Shown here piece after piece: positions 52,043 to 62,027 of a stretch of DNA of 64,000 bases. The stretch lies in NCBI GenBank assembly GCA_963845275.1, contig CAWJRR010000003.1, forward strand, positions 77,634-141,633. Direction: 5' to 3'. The position numbers and the translations under genes are program-made. The notes beneath the pieces are model-generated. The model searched no databases. It saw only the letters and a program-made list of their open reading frames with translations, and had not been told where the DNA came from. This DNA comes from Candidatus Bathyarchaeota archaeon. Lineage in GTDB: Archaea > Thermoproteota > Bathyarchaeia > 40CM-2-53-6. The first letter of the stretch is position 1. The number at the start of each line of letters is the position of its first letter.

Positions 52043-52732
52043 TCACGAATTCTGAAGGTCACCTAGAGTCGTACGGAGAAACTCAACAGTCCTTTTCCAC
52101 GCCACAGCCGAAGCTGCCGGGTCGTAGGCGTCCCGCCTGTCGCTCTCAAAGAACCAATGCCCGGTATCCGGGTATGTGTAAAACTGGACACTTTTCCCCG
52201 CTGATTTCAGGCTCTTCTCAAGATCTAGCACGTCGGTAGCAGACTCATAGGCATCTTTTTCAGCAAAATGCCCCAGATAAGAGGCTTCATACCTATTCCA
52301 CTCTCTTGTTGGAGAAGTCGCGTAGAAGATCACCACAGCCTTCACCTCTTCTCTGGCTGAGCTTAAGTCCAATGCGAAGTAGCCGCCCAAAGAGACCCCA
52401 ATAGTACCCACCTTTCCTCCAAGCAGTTGCTTGTCCGGAACAAAGTAGTCTAATGTAGCGTTGATTTTCCGGAAAGCCTCTTTCCTGTCCAGCTTAGAAC
52501 TAAGATCCTCCGCTTCTCCAACTGTTGAAGCGGTGTGGCCTCCGTAAAGATCTGGTGCCATAGTGGAGAACCCCTCGCCTGCTAATCTATCGCAGAAGCT
52601 ACGAAGGAAATCGTTGAGTCCCCACCAGGCATGTAGGACGATGACCCCCGGGCGATTCTTCGCTCGTGTCGAAAAGTAACAGTTGAATGCCTCTGAATTG
52701 TAGGCAATTTGAATGGTTTTGCCGCTCAACAT
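52043..52732 (-). CDS. Dienelactone hydrolase family protein
   Basis: LHAWWGLN, APDLY, GVSLGG and YPDTGHWF motifs. Confidence 0.9.
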   Translation of the reverse strand: MLSGKTIQIAYNSEAFNCYFSTRAKNRPGVIVLHAWWGLNDFLRSFCDRLAGEGFSTMAPDLYGGHTASTVGEAEDLSSKLDRKEAFRKINATLDYFVPDKQLLGGKVGTIGVSLGGYFALDLSSAREEVKAVVIFYATSPTREWNRYEASYLGHFAEKDAYESATDVLDLEKSLKSAGKSVQFYTYPDTGHWFFESDRRDAYDPAASAVAWKRTVEFLRTTLGDLQNS

Positions 52733-52777
52733 AGCCGCCCGTCTCGAATGCTGGCGCGGTTCAAATAAGAATTTGCA

Positions 52778-53515
52778 TCAGGCTAACGGGAAGAGTTGCT
52801 GTGGTCGCTCGCGCGCTCCCGGTGAGTGGGTGGCGTACATTCTTACGTAGGGTGCTAGCGATCGCATTATCTTGCTCTCGGCTTTGCGCAAGTGTTCTTC
52901 GAATGTTGTTCGTGGCATCTTGTTCTTGGCGGCAATCTCTTCGGCAGTCACCTTCTTCGGCAAATTATAGTACCCCAAATCCATAGCTGCCATCAATGAA
53001 CCTGCTTGTCGGTCCGTAAGTTGCGATAGGACGGTGCTAAGTGATATTATGAAAGCATCACGTATCGTTTTCTCGGGCATATTTCGCTTCTGAGTAATCT
53101 CCACTGGCCCCGATCGTTCCAAGTCCCGGAAAAGCTTCTTGTAGTCGCTTTCACGAAAGCCGATCACTCTATGCTCCTCCCAGCCGCCAAAATAGATGTC
53201 TGGCGGTATCGAAAGACATGAGTTTCGTTGAACAACATCCGAGATACTAGTACGGATCTTGCCGCATCCGCACGTCTTGATGACAATTTGCAGGTTCTTG
53301 TCGCCAAAGGTCTTCTTAATCGGCCTAGAGCCTCCAAACGAGATCAGTTCCTGTAGGTCAGATTCAATTCGCGTGTAAGTTTCGATGTCTGGGCATTCGA
53401 CCTCTATAACGTCTGTCTTACCGTTGCACCAACCAAGCATCTTCACATCAGGGTGTTTTGCTGAAAATTCCACGTACGGGCAGTCGTGCCGAACCTTGAA
53501 AGAGACCTCGAACAC
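52778..53515 (-). CDS. HTH-10 (bacterio-opsin activator-type) transcription regulator
   Basis: LTDRQ...A..LGYY..PKK.T.EEIA......TFEEHLRKAE.K motif. Confidence 0.9.
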   Translation of the reverse strand: MFEVSFKVRHDCPYVEFSAKHPDVKMLGWCNGKTDVIEVECPDIETYTRIESDLQELISFGGSRPIKKTFGDKNLQIVIKTCGCGKIRTSISDVVQRNSCLSIPPDIYFGGWEEHRVIGFRESDYKKLFRDLERSGPVEITQKRNMPEKTIRDAFIISLSTVLSQLTDRQAGSLMAAMDLGYYNLPKKVTAEEIAAKNKMPRTTFEEHLRKAESKIMRSLAPYVRMYATHSPGARERPQQLFPLA

Positions 53516-53564
53516 TACGCATCATCACACATCCTCTGTACACGCTCGTCTAATAAGAAATAGG

Positions 53565-53626
53565 CCGTCTTACGCCGGCTATTTATGACCGGCAGGCGAC
53601 GGCCACGATTTACCGGCATGCGACGG
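53565..53626. promoter_or_regulatory. Three quasi-palindromic operators CCGKC-N4-GMCGG at an exact 24-bp period
   Basis: CCGTCttacGCCGG (53565), CCGGCaggcGACGG (53589), CCGGCatgcGACGG (53613). Confidence 0.7.
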
Positions 53627-53912
53627 TACAAAGCACTACTGACGCGATGGCACTACGAGAGTGTATAGAGGAAAAGAGATTGAGCATCATGACCTCTCTG
53701 CTGAATAAGTTAGGATTCATCACCACTTTAAGATCACTGACATTTCTGCCTCCAACACTCCATGCGCGTCAACTCCACATCCCACTGAGCAAGATTAGTC
53801 TTGGTCGGGCATGGAATTCAGACGCAGCCTACCGCCAATTCCAGATTCAATTCAACCGAAACAGAGCCTTCCACGAAATGCGCGCACGATTGCCTGTTGC
53901 GAGGTGAAAAGA

Positions 53913-54239
53913 ATGCAAAGAAGAATGAAAGGTCAGCAAGCTATTCTCATAACAGAGTCAAAACCAGAATTCATGGAAGAATTAAGAACCGACAAACGAA
54001 TTACTTCGATCGTCATCAGGCCTAAGTCGACCCTCGGATTAAAAAGCCCCAACGCATTGAAAGTATCTGACTTGCTCGGGAACGGTACATATACGGTCGA
54101 ACCCTGGAATAACCTGCACCAACTTACATTTCCAATCGACAACCGGGAACTCGTGGTGACAATTCAGCCCAACGCAGATGTCATGGAAATCGCCGACTTG
54201 ATAATGAATCACGTGAATAGCATCGTGGAAAGTACCTAG
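53913..54239 (+). CDS. Hypothetical protein
   Basis: SD GAGGTGA at 53901 before ATG 53913. Confidence 0.55.
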   Translation: MQRRMKGQQAILITESKPEFMEELRTDKRITSIVIRPKSTLGLKSPNALKVSDLLGNGTYTVEPWNNLHQLTFPIDNRELVVTIQPNADVMEIADLIMNHVNSIVEST

Positions 54240-54446
54240 GGAACTGATGCGCACACGCAACCACAGTTCAAATCTATTTGCCCCCACATAGCTTTTCGAA
54301 CAAAACAGACCTTGTGGAATCCTGTCAAAATACTTAGCAGCCGCTCACGTCAATTGATGCAAGTTTGAGGGGTCGACAGGATGACCGTATATAATGCCCT
54401 CTCATTACTTTCTACGATTAACTTGCTTGAACACGAAGATGCAAGC

Positions 54447-54629
54447 ATGCCCGATTGTAGCTGCACTTGCCTTCAATGCGAAGTTGGCAACCATGAGAAG
54501 TGCGCTTTTGGTACATGTATCCGACTACAACAAGGCGCTATGAAACGAACCCAAGTTCGGTTCCAGTGTATGCCAGCGGATGCCTTCCTAGAAGAATTGG
54601 CGCTGTCAAAATCCACAGACACGAATTGA
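54447..54629 (+). CDS. Small Cys-rich putative metal-binding protein
   Basis: MPDCSCTCLQCEVGNHEKCAFGTC. Confidence 0.5.
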   Translation: MPDCSCTCLQCEVGNHEKCAFGTCIRLQQGAMKRTQVRFQCMPADAFLEELALSKSTDTN

Positions 54630-54837
54630 TCATTTGCGAAGACGAGGAGAACATGGCGAGTGATCGTATGAGTTTGCGTGCTCATTGGGGAAGTTGGATG
54701 ATCATAGTTGCAGAGAGTAGTCTAGCATTCCAGTGGCCCGTCGTCAAAGCCAAATCTGATGAAGAAACAGAAGAAGAATGAGAGCAGAATCTATTCTTCA
54801 TTCGGAATAGATCCATAGAGTTCGCACTAGAAGATGT

Positions 54838-55023
54838 TTACTTTTTCATGAGGTCGTAGTCAAGACCTATCCAGATCACGCTGGCCACGCCGATTATCAC
54901 GCCAGCAGCTAACCACGGAAGGTACGTATAGCTTGTCCAAGTCCACCAAATGTCAACGACCAGTATAATTATCCCCAGGGAGATCGCAAGATAGGATTTC
55001 ACATTACTCATTTTAGGACCCAA
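54838..55023 (-). CDS. Small 2-TM membrane protein
   Basis: Two hydrophobic helices. Confidence 0.6.
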   Translation of the reverse strand: MGPKMSNVKSYLAISLGIIILVVDIWWTWTSYTYLPWLAAGVIIGVASVIWIGLDYDLMKK

Positions 55024-55248
55024 TGAGGTCAGTTAACGATGTATATCTGACTTTTTCCAATCCCGCCTGCAGCTGCCCAGGCCGGGTCGTCGCAATGCTA
55101 GAGCATAACTCAGACTTATCAGGTCGATTCGAAATTCATCGCCTGAGGTACGATTTTGTGTGTAGTTACTACGGTTGTAGTAATAATAAACGTTTCTACT
55201 ACAAGCGTAGGATATAGGCTCAAATAGGTCTATGCAGTTTGAAACCTA

Positions 55249-55647
55249 GTGGGAATCATGGAAAAGTCGGGTTACAGGTTTGCTATCCTTATTGTGGCGT
55301 TGATCAACGCTATCTTTCATGCTATCTTAGTGCAGTTCATAGTCTACTCATTTTCTACTGGGCTGTACTTCTTGGTTACCGCAATTCTCTTTGCCGCTGG
55401 CGGATTCGCGGCCTTGAGCTCGGGTAAATTATTCAAACCAGCGCTCATGGGCTTATTCGTGCTATCGCTCATCGATAACGTGTTGATCTTCATAACAGCG
55501 AGCTTTGCAACGCCATTGTCCGGTGGGCAAGCATACGGTTGGGCCACTGATTTGAATCCACCCGGCCAGGTACCCGTTTTCATTATCCAGATCGTTCTGA
55601 TGATTCTGACCGCATACCTGTTACTCTCAAAAAGAAAAGCGGCCTAA
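55249..55647 (+). CDS. 4-TM membrane protein
   Basis: Four hydrophobic segments and a basic C-terminus. Confidence 0.7.
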   Translation: MGIMEKSGYRFAILIVALINAIFHAILVQFIVYSFSTGLYFLVTAILFAAGGFAALSSGKLFKPALMGLFVLSLIDNVLIFITASFATPLSGGQAYGWATDLNPPGQVPVFIIQIVLMILTAYLLLSKRKAA

Positions 55648-55763
55648 GCTCCACGTGGTGTGGCGTGGTGCGCACCAAACGACCCGCGAGTATGATCTAT
55701 GTCAAGAGATAGATTGGAAAAATGTGATTTTCAATTGCATGAGCGATAACAAGATTGAGGCGT

Positions 55764-56411
55764 TTATGATTTCAGGATTCTCGCTGCGATACTCCAACTT
55801 CCAAGTTTCATTGCCAACCGCACCCATAGTGCAGTGTAGGCTTCGAGCCAGCGGGCGCCATCAATGCCGCCAATGTCGATGGGTTCTCCCCAACCAAACT
55901 CCTTCACTAAGTTCGCTACCTGTCGCTTTGCTCCTTCGTCGTTTCCGCAAATGATCATGTCCGGGAGACCCTCCTTCATCCTTGGATTCGTCATGGTCTG
56001 GTTGTTCACTATATTGAAGCACTTGACGACCTTAGCGTTGGGAAGCATCCGTTGAATGCGTTCGCCCAAGGAATCGGTTGTGCCGACGAAAAGCCCCGGC
56101 GGCATCCGCTTCGAGAAGTCGAGTGGGTTCGTCGCATCAATAACCAGCTTCCCTTCGAAACTTTCCGTTCCTGCTAGTTTGATCACGTTCTCAGCGGCTT
56201 CCCCTAGAGAGCAAAGGACGATTATCTCGCCATGCGCAGCTGCTTCAGAGAATGTTCCTGCTGAAGCCTTCCCTTTCGTGGTCTTCAACCAATCCTGAAC
56301 TTCCTCCTTCCCAGGGGTACGCGAACCAAGCTTAACATCATGACCGTTCGAAGCGAAACCTTTCCCTAGCGATCTACCAACGGGACCACTACCCAGAATT
56401 CCAATCTTCAT
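55764..56411 (-). CDS. F420-dependent NADP oxidoreductase family protein
   Basis: MKIGILGSGPVG, VIDATNP, VVKCFN and GIDGARWLE motifs. Confidence 0.88.
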   Translation of the reverse strand: MKIGILGSGPVGRSLGKGFASNGHDVKLGSRTPGKEEVQDWLKTTKGKASAGTFSEAAAHGEIIVLCSLGEAAENVIKLAGTESFEGKLVIDATNPLDFSKRMPPGLFVGTTDSLGERIQRMLPNAKVVKCFNIVNNQTMTNPRMKEGLPDMIICGNDEGAKRQVANLVKEFGWGEPIDIGGIDGARWLEAYTALWVRLAMKLGSWSIAARILKS

Positions 56412-56428
56412 GGCAACCACATTCACAA

Positions 56429-56857
56429 TTAGTGAAGCGTCTTGTAACTCCATTCTCCTTCCTTAAGTTTCAAGCCTTCGATACCGAAACTCCAAGAGAC
56501 CCGCGGAGTAATCCGCAGATACTTGCCTGGCCCAAACATCCCATTATGATCCACAACTTCCGCGGTTCCGTACACTCTAATTGCTTGAGGTCTCCATGGC
56601 TCAATTGACTTCAGATCATCAATGGTCAAGGCGACCGAGTTCTTGCCAGCCTTGACGTTCTTGAATTTGCGGGACCGGTGGAAGATGTCTTGGCTGTGAC
56701 TTCCCACGAAAAAGTACTTTCCATCAAATTCGAACGCTACCGGCACAACATCAGGCTGACCGTCAGAAGAGACTGTGGCAAACCTGCATAGGCGCTGCGT
56801 TTTCATATATTCAATTTCAGGCTTAGAAAACACGTGCGACGCCGATATTGAAGTCAA
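56429..56857 (-). CDS. PPOX-class F420-dependent oxidoreductase
   Basis: RFATVSSDGQPDVVPV, K.KNV, DDL..PWRP..IRVYGTA motifs. Confidence 0.85.
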   Translation of the reverse strand: MTSISASHVFSKPEIEYMKTQRLCRFATVSSDGQPDVVPVAFEFDGKYFFVGSHSQDIFHRSRKFKNVKAGKNSVALTIDDLKSIEPWRPQAIRVYGTAEVVDHNGMFGPGKYLRITPRVSWSFGIEGLKLKEGEWSYKTLH

Positions 56858-57081
56858 TGGCCAAGTATAAATTGACTACTTCGCCCAAGACAACCTTTCG
56901 CTTCCCTTAGCATCTCATATCCCCCTGAGGGGTGTTCATAGTCATGAATTGTCCGAGATGCCCTGTCACTTGTCTTTCTCGATGCGCGATCTTTCATTAG
57001 GGAGCCTTCAGTATAGCGAAGATCTGTTTACAATTAGATCGACTAGATTAATGGAGTGGGGAGAAGCTCGGTCGAGGATCA

Positions 57082-58008
57082 ATGATAGATGTCTTCACCA
57101 TGGCGTTGACCGTATTCGGACTCGCCGTATTCGAGAGTATCACGAGTATTGACAACGCAGTCATTAACGCAGACGTGCTGCGTGGAATGTCGCAGCAAGC
57201 TAGGCATTGGTTCCTTGTCTGGGGCTTGTTAAGTGCGGTCTTTCTAGTGCGTGGTCTGCTTCCACTTGTCATAGTGTGGGCAGCTGATCCGACTCTCGGA
57301 CCGGTCGGCGCGTTTACCGCAACTTTCAGCCAAGACCCTCGGGTTCTGGATGCAGTGGAAGCGTCGAAACCCCCGCTTCTCATAGCGGGTGGCGTTTTTC
57401 TCATGATTCTCTTCTTCCATTGGCTTTTCATGGAAGAGAAGAGCTACGGGCTCAAGGGAGAGAGGTTCATTCATCAACATGGTTTGTGGTTTTACACATT
57501 CGCTTCCGTTCTTCTGGCGTTAATAGCATGGTTGGGGATACAGCGAAATGCATACGTGGGGTTCGGTGCGGTGGTTGGTTCCACAGCATATTTCATTACG
57601 CACGGGTTCAGACAAAGCGCGGAAGAGAATGAAAGGAAACTCATTCACAGGAGCGGGCTAAGCGATATTAGTAAGCTACTCTATCTCGAAGTGATTGATG
57701 CAACCTTCTCGATTGATGGTGTGCTCGGGGCATTCGCATTCACTCTATCTGTTCCATTAATCTTGGTGGGAAACGGGCTTGCAGCAATTGCAGTTCGCCA
57801 GCTGACGGTGCGGAATATTGAGACGGTCAAGAAGTACAAGTATCTCAAGAATGGCGCTATGTATTCCGTGCTCTTTCTCGGGTTGATAATGGTGGCTGAG
57901 AGCTTCGGAGCCAAGATTCCACAGTGGGTTTCGCCCATTATCACTTTTTCAGTGATCGGATTCTTTCTCTGGAAGTCGATGGTTGACCAGCGGACGTCTC
58001 TTTCATAG
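57082..58008 (+). CDS. TerC-like DUF475 membrane protein
   Basis: SIDNAVINA, YLEVIDATFSIDGVLGAFA and YLKNGAMYS motifs. Confidence 0.88.
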   Translation: MIDVFTMALTVFGLAVFESITSIDNAVINADVLRGMSQQARHWFLVWGLLSAVFLVRGLLPLVIVWAADPTLGPVGAFTATFSQDPRVLDAVEASKPPLLIAGGVFLMILFFHWLFMEEKSYGLKGERFIHQHGLWFYTFASVLLALIAWLGIQRNAYVGFGAVVGSTAYFITHGFRQSAEENERKLIHRSGLSDISKLLYLEVIDATFSIDGVLGAFAFTLSVPLILVGNGLAAIAVRQLTVRNIETVKKYKYLKNGAMYSVLFLGLIMVAESFGAKIPQWVSPIITFSVIGFFLWKSMVDQRTSLS

Positions 58009-58014
58009 TAAAAC

Positions 58015-58155
58015 TTGATCAAGCTCATGAATACCAAGAATGTCATCAACTGGCTTCTCGAAGAAAGCCAGCCCTCCATCAGATATCTTGCACTCACCCA
58101 ACTGCTTGGAAGGCTTCAGGACGATCCTGAGGTTCAATCTGCAAAGCAACGTCTA
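58015..58155 (+). pseudogene. N-terminal remnant of a conserved uncharacterised family (WLLE..QPSIRY..L..LL)
   Basis: Recognisable N-terminus NWLLEESQPSIRYLALTQLLG..DDPEV; the motif is lost after about 45 aa. Confidence 0.45.
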
Positions 58156-58312
58156 GACGTTCACTATCGTGGTGGTTGTGGACAGTTCTGCGTACTACAG
58201 TTACGGCATATCGGTTTCCCACAGTTCAAACAAGGAGTATACCCGAAGGGAAGGGGAAAGTCTTCTCCGCAATGATTACACTCGTACTTGGGTTTCTCCA
58301 ACGCTATCCACG

Positions 58313-58627
58313 CTACTTCGGATTTACTCTTGGTGGCTCCCAATCGCCTAGCGATTTGAAGAATAGGTGTTCATCTGCTAGCGAATCGCCGCACTTGGCG
58401 CAGGTTACGAGGACACAATGGTAATACTCGCCCGTATCCAGCGGGTCTTTGAATAGTTTTGGAAACCTTGCTTCTCTTTCTTCTTGGTCCAATGATTCCA
58501 AGTAGTCTTCGTCTAAGTCCTTTGGTAGATGGATAGCGAACGATTTGCTATCGCAGTTGGGGCATTTTACGGGAGGAGCAGTGCGGTCTCCAAGTGGATA
58601 TGGCTTCTCTAACGTGCCTTCTTTCAT
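58313..58627 (-). CDS. Acidic Zn-binding hypothetical protein
   Basis: CPNC...CAKC; SD GAGGT upstream. Confidence 0.65.
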   Translation of the reverse strand: MKEGTLEKPYPLGDRTAPPVKCPNCDSKSFAIHLPKDLDEDYLESLDQEEREARFPKLFKDPLDTGEYYHCVLVTCAKCGDSLADEHLFFKSLGDWEPPRVNPK

Positions 58628-58675
58628 GGCTACCTCTTAGCTCGCTACCTAGGCTTAAGCCTAAGTGGTCTAGGG

Positions 58676-58834
58676 TTATAGCTTCAGGATTCTAGCCTCT
58701 CGATACCGGCGCAACATTCCCTTCCCGTGCATCTCACAAGCGTACAGGATCTGGTAGCGTTCTAGGGTTAGTTGGATCGTGGCTTTGCTGTTACAGCCTA
58801 TCGTTGAACAGGTGTTCTGCATGTCCAGCCTCAT
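58676..58834 (-). CDS. Small C-x4-C...C-x2-H zinc-finger protein
   Basis: CSTIGC..KAT...YACEMH. Confidence 0.5.
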   Translation of the reverse strand: MRLDMQNTCSTIGCNSKATIQLTLERYQILYACEMHGKGMLRRYREARILKL

Positions 58835-58956
58835 GGTGAGATTACCCTTGCAGGAGCAGTTATGCTGTGAGAGTAGTGAAAGGATGAGAGGTTGCTGCCG
58901 ATGGCCATGAACCACTGCTGGACTGCACCGGCCGACCCCCAGCAACTAACAATTAA

Positions 58957-59508
58957 ATGGGAAAGAATTTTATTGGGTCGACACGCGCAATAGCTCGTAA
59001 GCAGGTGCTACAGACGGCTACTCGTAGAATACTCATAATCTACGATTCGCGAGATGGTATGACGAAGAAAGTTGCTGATGTTGTTGCTGAAGGAGCCAAA
59101 CGAGTTTCCAAGGTTACGGTTGAAACGAAGATTGCCAATTCAGTATCTACGCAGGACGTTACCGCGGCTGATGGCTATGCGTTCGGGTCCCCGTCACATT
59201 TTGGTTTCATGTCCGGCAAGATTCTAACTCTTCTAACTGACCTCTATTCGATGCGTGATAAAATGGCGGGCAAACCCGTTACGGTCTTTACAACTGGTGC
59301 TGGTGATCAAGCAAAAGCATTGGAAAACCTTGAGCGGATTCTTGGAGCCTTTGATCCTGAGTTTGTGAAGCCTGGCTTAGCAATCGAAACGGTGCCTGGG
59401 CGCGCGCATTCATGGGAGCTCGACAGAGCGGCTGCAGCTGCCCTGGGGGAGAAACTCGCTAAGGTTGTGACAAAACAGAAGCCTTACGACACCAAAGACT
59501 TGTTTTAG
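58957..59508 (+). CDS. Flavodoxin / WrbA-like protein
   Basis: IIYDSRDGMTKKVA and FGSPSHFG motifs. Confidence 0.85.
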   Translation: MGKNFIGSTRAIARKQVLQTATRRILIIYDSRDGMTKKVADVVAEGAKRVSKVTVETKIANSVSTQDVTAADGYAFGSPSHFGFMSGKILTLLTDLYSMRDKMAGKPVTVFTTGAGDQAKALENLERILGAFDPEFVKPGLAIETVPGRAHSWELDRAAAAALGEKLAKVVTKQKPYDTKDLF

Positions 59509-59577
59509 AACGGTAAGAGAACCAGCGGAATTAAGACGACGAATGATAATAGTGTGATTCTCTTCTTTTACATCACT

Positions 59578-60477
59578 TTAGGGTTGCTTGGTGCCGCAGC
59601 TATCACAGAATTTTAGGTTTGGAGGCAACTCATTTCCGCATTCAATGCAGAACCTCTTACCTTCTGCCGTTTTCGTTGACAGGCGAGCAGCGTCAATGTC
59701 AACCTTTTCTGCTTTCGTGACCGCGGTCTGTCCTTTTCGTCTTGAATACAGGAATACCGCAGCTAATACAACTGCGGCTGTGATTGCAAGAGCCAGGATC
59801 AATTGCGGCGTATCGTCTGTTGATTGTACCGCGGTAGGCTGCTGACTGTATGGCTGTGGTGGTTGAGGCATTTGAAGAGATGGCGTTGATGTGACTGCGC
59901 TCGTAGATGCGTATGTTTGGTTGTTTGTCGCAGTCGCTGTTGCACCATTTACTACTGAGACGTAGAAATCGGCGTAACTATCGGAGCCATGCATAACAGT
60001 ATTCGTCTGGGGAATGAGGGCGACGAAGGCAGCCAACGCCTGGAAATGGTACCGTTGAGGTGTGGCGTTGTAGATGATTGCGTGGAACAACACGGTATCT
60101 GTTCCAGAACTAGAGTATGGCAGAATTAGGCAAGTGGTGAGGAGCTTAGCTCCAGCCAGTGAAGAAAGTTGGCAGGGGTCGGGGTTCGAAGCCGCGGTGC
60201 CATTTGGAGCTGTGGCAGTGCCGTAATAGGTTAGCCCAACGAGAAGAAGCTCATACTGGTTGCTGGTTACTGTTTGTAGAGGAAGTCCCGCGTAGGAGAC
60301 TTGGACTGCAGCGTCAAAGCGTGCTGAACCGTCAGAACTTAGTACGACACTTGGAGGGGAGCTTAGAACTTTGATAGAGGTAGTTTGTGCATGTACGGAC
60401 GGAACAAAAGTGACAAGAACGAGTACTACTCCAATTAGGAGACAGGATAGCAGCTTTCTGGGCTGCATACTTACCAA
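59578..60477 (-). CDS. Exported domain + TM + C-terminal zinc-ribbon protein
   Basis: Signal peptide ending VHA, T/Q/P linker, TM, FCIECG...FCDSCG. Confidence 0.8.
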   Translation of the reverse strand: MVSMQPRKLLSCLLIGVVLVLVTFVPSVHAQTTSIKVLSSPPSVVLSSDGSARFDAAVQVSYAGLPLQTVTSNQYELLLVGLTYYGTATAPNGTAASNPDPCQLSSLAGAKLLTTCLILPYSSSGTDTVLFHAIIYNATPQRYHFQALAAFVALIPQTNTVMHGSDSYADFYVSVVNGATATATNNQTYASTSAVTSTPSLQMPQPPQPYSQQPTAVQSTDDTPQLILALAITAAVVLAAVFLYSRRKGQTAVTKAEKVDIDAARLSTKTAEGKRFCIECGNELPPNLKFCDSCGTKQP

Positions 60478-60661
60478 AAAACAATATCATCTCTTGCGAT
60501 AAAACAACTTGCATTACAAATGGTCTGGGATAGCCAGCTAGAGTGTGTGTTAGTTTCAGCCGTCTTGGCGTAGAGTAGCATGGGAATTCATTCATGGTGC
60601 ACACCAGAAGTGCCGTCCACTTAAATGGCGCTGGACTCTTGGTAGCTGCAGTGAAACCGTC

Positions 60662-60886
60662 ATGCAGCATTACCATGAACATTACCACGAATATCATCAC
60701 GCGATGCCGCTTGGCATAATGATGTGCGTTTATTGTGGAGAGCGTAAGAATATCCAGATGAACAAGCTATCGCGTAATCCCCACAAACAGAACGGGCTGA
60801 GACACCGGATCAGAACGGGCTTGCCCTGCAAGGACATAATGGCCTACCTAGCTGTTCACCGAAAAACTCCGGAGGTGAGTGCATGA
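60662..60886 (+). CDS. Small His-rich/CxxC protein
   Basis: MQHYHEHYHEYHH...CVYC; ATGA overlap with the next ORF. Confidence 0.4.
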   Translation: MQHYHEHYHEYHHAMPLGIMMCVYCGERKNIQMNKLSRNPHKQNGLRHRIRTGLPCKDIMAYLAVHRKTPEVSA

Positions 60887-61011
60887 AGAAGATTAGAGTA
60901 GCAAACAAATTCTGCAAACAACTGGAAAAGGAAGCGAACCGACAAAACGTGACGCTTGAAGAGCTTGAAGGTCTCTTTATCGGTCTGTTCTCCAAAGACA
61001 TGAAACCATAA
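60883..61011 (+). CDS. 42-aa small protein
   Basis: Strong SD GGAGGTGA at 60871; MKKIRVANKFCKQLEKEANRQNVTLEEL... Confidence 0.5.
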   Translation: MKKIRVANKFCKQLEKEANRQNVTLEELEGLFIGLFSKDMKP

Positions 61012-61175
61012 GTTCCTTTTCTTTCGTAACACAGACCCTTTTTCCTCATTGAATGTCGAGTCACGTGTTTCGAGCCTCATGGTAAACGCGCGCGTGCTAC
61101 GCGGAAGTCTAACGGTTTTCGTATCAGAAGAAACGCTATGTCCCTGTTTTACGGGACCTGACATGATCCGTCATT

Positions 61176-61439
61176 CTAGACATGTAAGTTCTTGCGGGGG
61201 ATAAGGAGCCGGTAAAATGCCTGTTGTGGGCGCGGCAATCTCTTCTCAATCTTGGCGATCTCTTTATTCAATCTGTCCAAGTTTCGCTCTGTTCCAGTAA
61301 CTTGCTCAAAATCCTCACTTGAGAGGCTACCTTTTCGAAGTCGACTTAATCTCCGCTTGATGAGCAGATTCACTTTGAGCTCCAGATTCATCCTTCTCTT
61401 CCACAACCGAGTCAATGTCCTTTTCGATGAACGAGGCAT
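61176..61439 (-). CDS. Small basic helical protein
   Basis: K/R-rich 87 aa; SD GGGTGA upstream. Confidence 0.5.
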   Translation of the reverse strand: MPRSSKRTLTRLWKRRMNLELKVNLLIKRRLSRLRKGSLSSEDFEQVTGTERNLDRLNKEIAKIEKRLPRPQQAFYRLLIPRKNLHV

Positions 61440-61683
61440 AACTCAAATTCACCCCTATTTTTTCAAGACACGTTCTCGTAGAATTCTTCACAATTTTCTT
61501 AGGGATTTATGATCTTCAGACATCAGTATATCAATCCATACGTGGTGAAGAACGACCCCTCGACACGTGGGATGAATCTGCAGATGGTGATTGTCACAAA
61601 GTGAGCAAACATAAACGGGACCTAGTCCCGTCTTCACTCTTTTTCAAGAACTCTTATTAAATTAGAAATTAAATTCTCGCTCG

Positions 61684-62010
61684 ATGTTTATGCCTAAAGC
61701 TGTTTGTAAGGTTCGTAAAGCGAGAACCTTGAAGAAAGCATCTGTCTCTTCAGATAATCTTGTGAATTACTGGAAGGAAGCGGTTGCGTCTACGCCCTGG
61801 AAGTTCTTCCAACTTTATCCTTCACAGCTCGTCGCCGAGTTGAACGCTGGCAATAGCTCGATATGCATCATAGACAACAGGGAAGCGACGGACATCCCGG
61901 GCGGTGCAGGATACCGCAACCTCCATGGAGGGATGGCAGATTGGAACAACCCGATCGTGACCGGCACAGATCCGGAGATCTGGACAACCTTCAACCTGAC
62001 CAGCCAATAG
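61684..62010 (+). pseudogene. Rhodanese-like fragment (internal deletion)
   Basis: IIDNRE..IPG and RNLHGGMADW are adjacent; the active-site Cys loop is missing. Confidence 0.45.
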
Positions 62011-62027
62011 GAGCGGTGGCCTTCCAA

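Noticed and set aside
61863..62027. N-terminal extension of the MBL hydrolase
   Set aside because: Out-of-frame overlap with the rhodanese fragment; the MBL domain starts near 62028.
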